Source of the DNA: Tubulanus polymorphus
Lineage: Eukaryota; Animalia; Nemertea
DNA length: 64,000 nt
Assembly: GCF_964204645.1 (NCBI RefSeq)
Contig: NC_134025.1
Span: 14,322,001 to 14,386,000 of the forward strand
Direction: 5' to 3'
In this document: piece after piece, positions 60,244-64,000 of the stretch
How the letters are laid out: each line of letters opens with the position of its first letter
How positions within the stretch are numbered: position 1 is the stretch's first letter
The notes under the pieces: model-generated
Told to the model about the DNA's origin: nothing
The model's database searches: none
The model's input: only the letters and a program-made list of their open reading frames with translations
Position numbers and translations under genes: made by a program

Positions 60244-62869
60244 AGGGTTTTCTGTTACATCACAGAAAACCCTATTGAGATTCGCGTGTTTCTTATTATT
60301 ATTATTATTATTATTTTTTTCCACACATTTTTTATCAAAAGTACATAGGCTTTTTTACATTACCGCTGTTGCCGATACAATCCGTCTGATATCATTCAGC
60401 TCACTTCGATCTACAAATACTCCGTGCGAATTTTGAAGAATCAACGTTACAAAAGCACTGTCGGGCCGTGAACATCGAAAATTGAGCCCCATTCAAAGAG
60501 CCGACATGTTTTTCTAAGTCGTCTTTCCGAAATCTACCGCACGTTTCTTGTCACATCGATTATCAATTCAAGCATAAATTAACAAATTTATTACCGAAAG
60601 ATTGCACATTCTGTCGCGGTTTTTAAAAACTAATTTTAACAATAACCCATTTTCCTCATCAAATTATATTACTGATACACAGGAAATTTACTACTTAAGA
60701 TTTTAAAAGCACTGTCGAGCCGTAAACATCGACAAATCGACGTGTGTCACTACATCGTCGTTCCGGGGCTGAGAATCAAATCGAGTACAAATTAATTCAT
60801 TACTACCAGTGATTTGGCTGCGGGCCTCAAGCAGTTAATTTAGCAATACCTATTTTTCTTTACCAAATTAACCGTGTATTTACTAAGATAAATCATAAGT
60901 GTACCGGGGAGTCGTAGGCCTAAAGTAAACACGCCGAAGAGAAATAGCGGAGAAAAGCTGTTATGTCGACGAGGTATCAAAATAAAAGAATATATTACTT
61001 TATTCGGCCGCGGGCTTCAACCTCTATATCAATACCATCAATACTCTATATTTCCTACAGTACATACAGATCATTGTCAAATGCACAAGGTATTTACTAA
61101 ATACAAGTATATAACACACTCCTATCCGTATGCTGGACTCACACTTGACATTCGGAGTAAGCGTTCGCTGTGGGGGAAAGGAGATAGTTCGCTGTGTCGC
61201 TTGAAGTGTTTATCGAGTTTTACGCGGCTTAAGGCCTACCGGTACTGAGATTTACTGTCTCAAACAAACACGGTATAATTGTTGCGTTTATTAACGGACT
61301 CATTGGATTGAACTTCAAAACCAAATTTACGATATTTAGGTGGGTTGTTAAATTCAATAGGCCTACGACCAATCTGTCCGGATGTTAGGCCTACGCATAT
61401 ACATAGGCCTACATAGGTTAAAGCTAAGTTCACTGTGAAGGAGGAATCAGATTTATTAAAATGCATGTTAATTAGTGATTAACTGGTTGTGACTTGCAAC
61501 GATCAATCACAATTATCAATTTTATTGCCAAAAATGAAGATTTTTTTGATAATTTCGTCTCAGCAGACAGCTTTATAAGCCAGACTTTTCATTTGAGTTT
61601 TTTCATCATAGATGAAACTGGTATTTCATTAATTCCTAATGACTTAAGCAGGGCGTAGGTCCGCCTTGCAACGGCTTGTGACTCACTGCGACGCCAATCA
61701 CTGCGACCGCTAGCGACAATTGTGTCGCAACGACTCATCGACCTACGCTCCCTTGCGACGGGTTGCGACTTTCAGCAACGCCAGTCACAAGGAGTCGCAC
61801 GTATTCAACTTTCTGTGACGCGGTCTTGCGACTGGCAGAAACTAGTCGCACACAGTCACTGACAATCGTATCGCAACCGACTTGCACCGAAACTCGCGAT
61901 GCATCGCGAGGATCGCATCGCGTCACAAGGCCGACCTACGTCCAGCGATAAGTTACTGCGGAGCCCTAGAAATATCTTTTTTTTCGTTCAAAAGACATTT
62001 TTCGCTTGAAAATTCTTTCGTCGGAACAAAATTTATTTCGTTCCAACCAATAATATTCTTTTCGATTGAACAAATTTGAAAAAATCGTTAGAACAAAGTT
62101 GAACAAACTTTTTTTTGTCCAAACGAAATGTTTTTCGTTCGAACAATCGTTCGATCGAACAGAATCGTTTTAATTTGAACAAAATTTTCTTGTTAGAACA
62201 TTAAGTTTTTTATTCAAACAATCATATTGTAAAAAGTTTTTTCTCTGAACCAAAAGTATTAAGTATTTCATTCAATCAAACAGAATTGTTTTCATTCAAA
62301 CATTCATTCGAAAAAATTGTTTTCGCTCAACCAAATATTTTTGACGGGACAAAATGTTTTTCATTTCAACAATAACATAGCTTTTCATTCAATCACATGT
62401 TTTTGTCAGAATGAAGTAAGTTTTGATTCAAACAAAAAGCGTATTGTTCGATCAAACTGAATTGTTTTTACTTGAACAAGATTTTCTTGTCGGAACATTA
62501 AGTTTTTTGGTCGAACAGCGTGTTAAGTTCGTTTTTTGGAAATATACTCGGTCTGGTATATTTTGGATTACTGTGTATGTCATTTGTCAGGACATTAAAC
62601 AGAAGACGACTTAGGATACTACCTTGCGTGACTCCACTAGTTAGACTGACTTGTTCCAAGATGAGGCGTTCCGTTGATTTCGGCTACAATTTTTCGTTCA
62701 GAGATAACTGCTGAGCCATTTGGGCGACCTATCATTGATACTGTTTCCTAATAGCCTGTTTAGTAATGGCTGATGTTGTGCCTTATCAAATGCTTTGTCG
62801 AAATCCACCGTTGAACAGGATTCTAAGACTGTGTAGAAAACCCGTTATCGCTGCTTTGCAGCTATATTT
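60244..62869 (+). mobile_element. Family B Helentron-like element (RT fragment on the minus strand at ~62575-62640)
   Basis: 5' AGGGTTTTCTGTTACATCACAGAAAACCCT plus (ATT)n; 3' GAAAACCCGTTATCGCTGCTTTGCAGCTATATTT. Confidence 0.7.
61647..61947. mobile_element. GC-rich palindromic MITE (PIF/Harbinger-like)
   Basis: Imperfect TIR GCAGGGCGTAGGTCCGCCTTG / CAAGGCCGACCTACGTCCAGC, repeated TGCGAC/GTCGCA motifs, TWA-like flanks. Empty paralogous site (minus strand) at ~16760-16790. Confidence 0.7.
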
Positions 62870-63837
62870 ATTATTATTTTTCACCTTTTCATATTGGATC
62901 TTACTGAAAATCTATAAACTTCTGTCACTCGCTTCCATTCTCAATGAAACCATATTTTATCACAGGTACTTCGTTGCATTGACAAATACTGCACGGGTTT
63001 TTCATCTGATCCTCACAGTTTAACCACTTCAACCTTGTTATTCTTCGAAGTGGTGTATGTTGCTTAGGAGTATGTTGCCGACAGTTATAATCCGGGGCAA
63101 TCAAATGCAAATTGTGTACTTTATTGTTTCTTTTCCCAATATCATGCAAGTAATATTTCGATGTGACGATAATATAAGATGATGAATAATGAAACGTTTT
63201 AACATAAAATAATTCATATGCTATAGTCAATTTGGGGGTGTTATGCGGAACGATTAGTTGTCAATGGAGTCACGTAGAGTTAGACTGGTTACCGGGATCT
63301 ACCTTCAGGTACAGGAATCAGACGCCACTCGGCTGGCTGCTTGTCACTTTGATTATCAATTCAAGTATAAATAAACAAATTTATTACCGAAAGACTTCAC
63401 ATTCAGCCGCGGTCTTCAGTCACAGTAATTTTAACAATTTATGCCTGGAAATAACTCCAAGAATTGGATTTTTTGCCCACTTGGGACTGTAGTCCCAGCG
63501 GGCTATAGCTCTTCAATGCAATGTCTTAATATTAGTGTCTACCCTAGACACATCTTCAGCCCAAAAACCGGCCCTGTCAGACTCCATGGTATGGTTCTCC
63601 AGTAGCACCATCATAAATCACTGGAAACGCAATTTTATCGATATCTTCGTTATAACTGAGGCTTTTTCCCCAAAACTTGGTTCATCAGTACATTTTAAAT
63701 AAATTAGCCATCCACTTATATGAGTTAGCTCCTAGGTGGCACTCGTCCGTCTTGTGTAACTGGATTTGACGAAATCCTTGTATGAAATTTAATCCAAAAC
63801 AGCAGAAACCTGTTATCGCTGCTTTGCAGCTATATTT
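62870..63837 (+). mobile_element. Third Helentron-like segment of the train (composite, family C-like)
   Basis: Starts with the family C post-(ATT)n body (compare 28200-28290 on minus), contains a family A 5' end at ~63470 and ends CAGAAACCTGTTATCGCTGCTTTGCAGCTATATTT. Confidence 0.5.
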
Positions 63838-64000
63838 ATTCTTGAAATCTTGAATTATTCTTGAAATACCTGGTTAGACAAATTTCCCTTGCACAACGCA
63901 GATATGGGATATTGTTTCCACTAAAAGAGGTGATAAATTTGTTGTTTTTCTTGGCCCTAAAATTTTGCAAAAAAACGATTCTACCTACCTACCAACTTAT

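Overview
AT-rich eukaryotic DNA, probably from an invertebrate animal (inference). The window lies inside one long + strand gene. Thirteen GT-AG exons between 9421 and 56236 splice into one open frame of about 579 aa that resembles C05D11.1-like insulinase/M16 metallopeptidases; both ends of the gene lie outside the window. The large introns are filled with nested transposons. These include an apparently intact autonomous piggyBac (3135-5406) and a complete Kolobok element (43747-48626) with an intact KolX/P2X7-ballast-like gene facing a decayed THAP-DDE transposase. There are also three Penelope-like retroelement insertions with minimal hammerhead ribozyme motifs, many non-autonomous Helentron-like (HINE/DINE-like) elements that stack head-to-tail and nest in each other, a 4.6-kb long-TIR element with a 4-bp TSD, and assorted MITEs and LINE/mariner relics. 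No rRNA, tRNA or CRISPR was found. All family assignments come from reading motifs and termini by eye; no database search was run.
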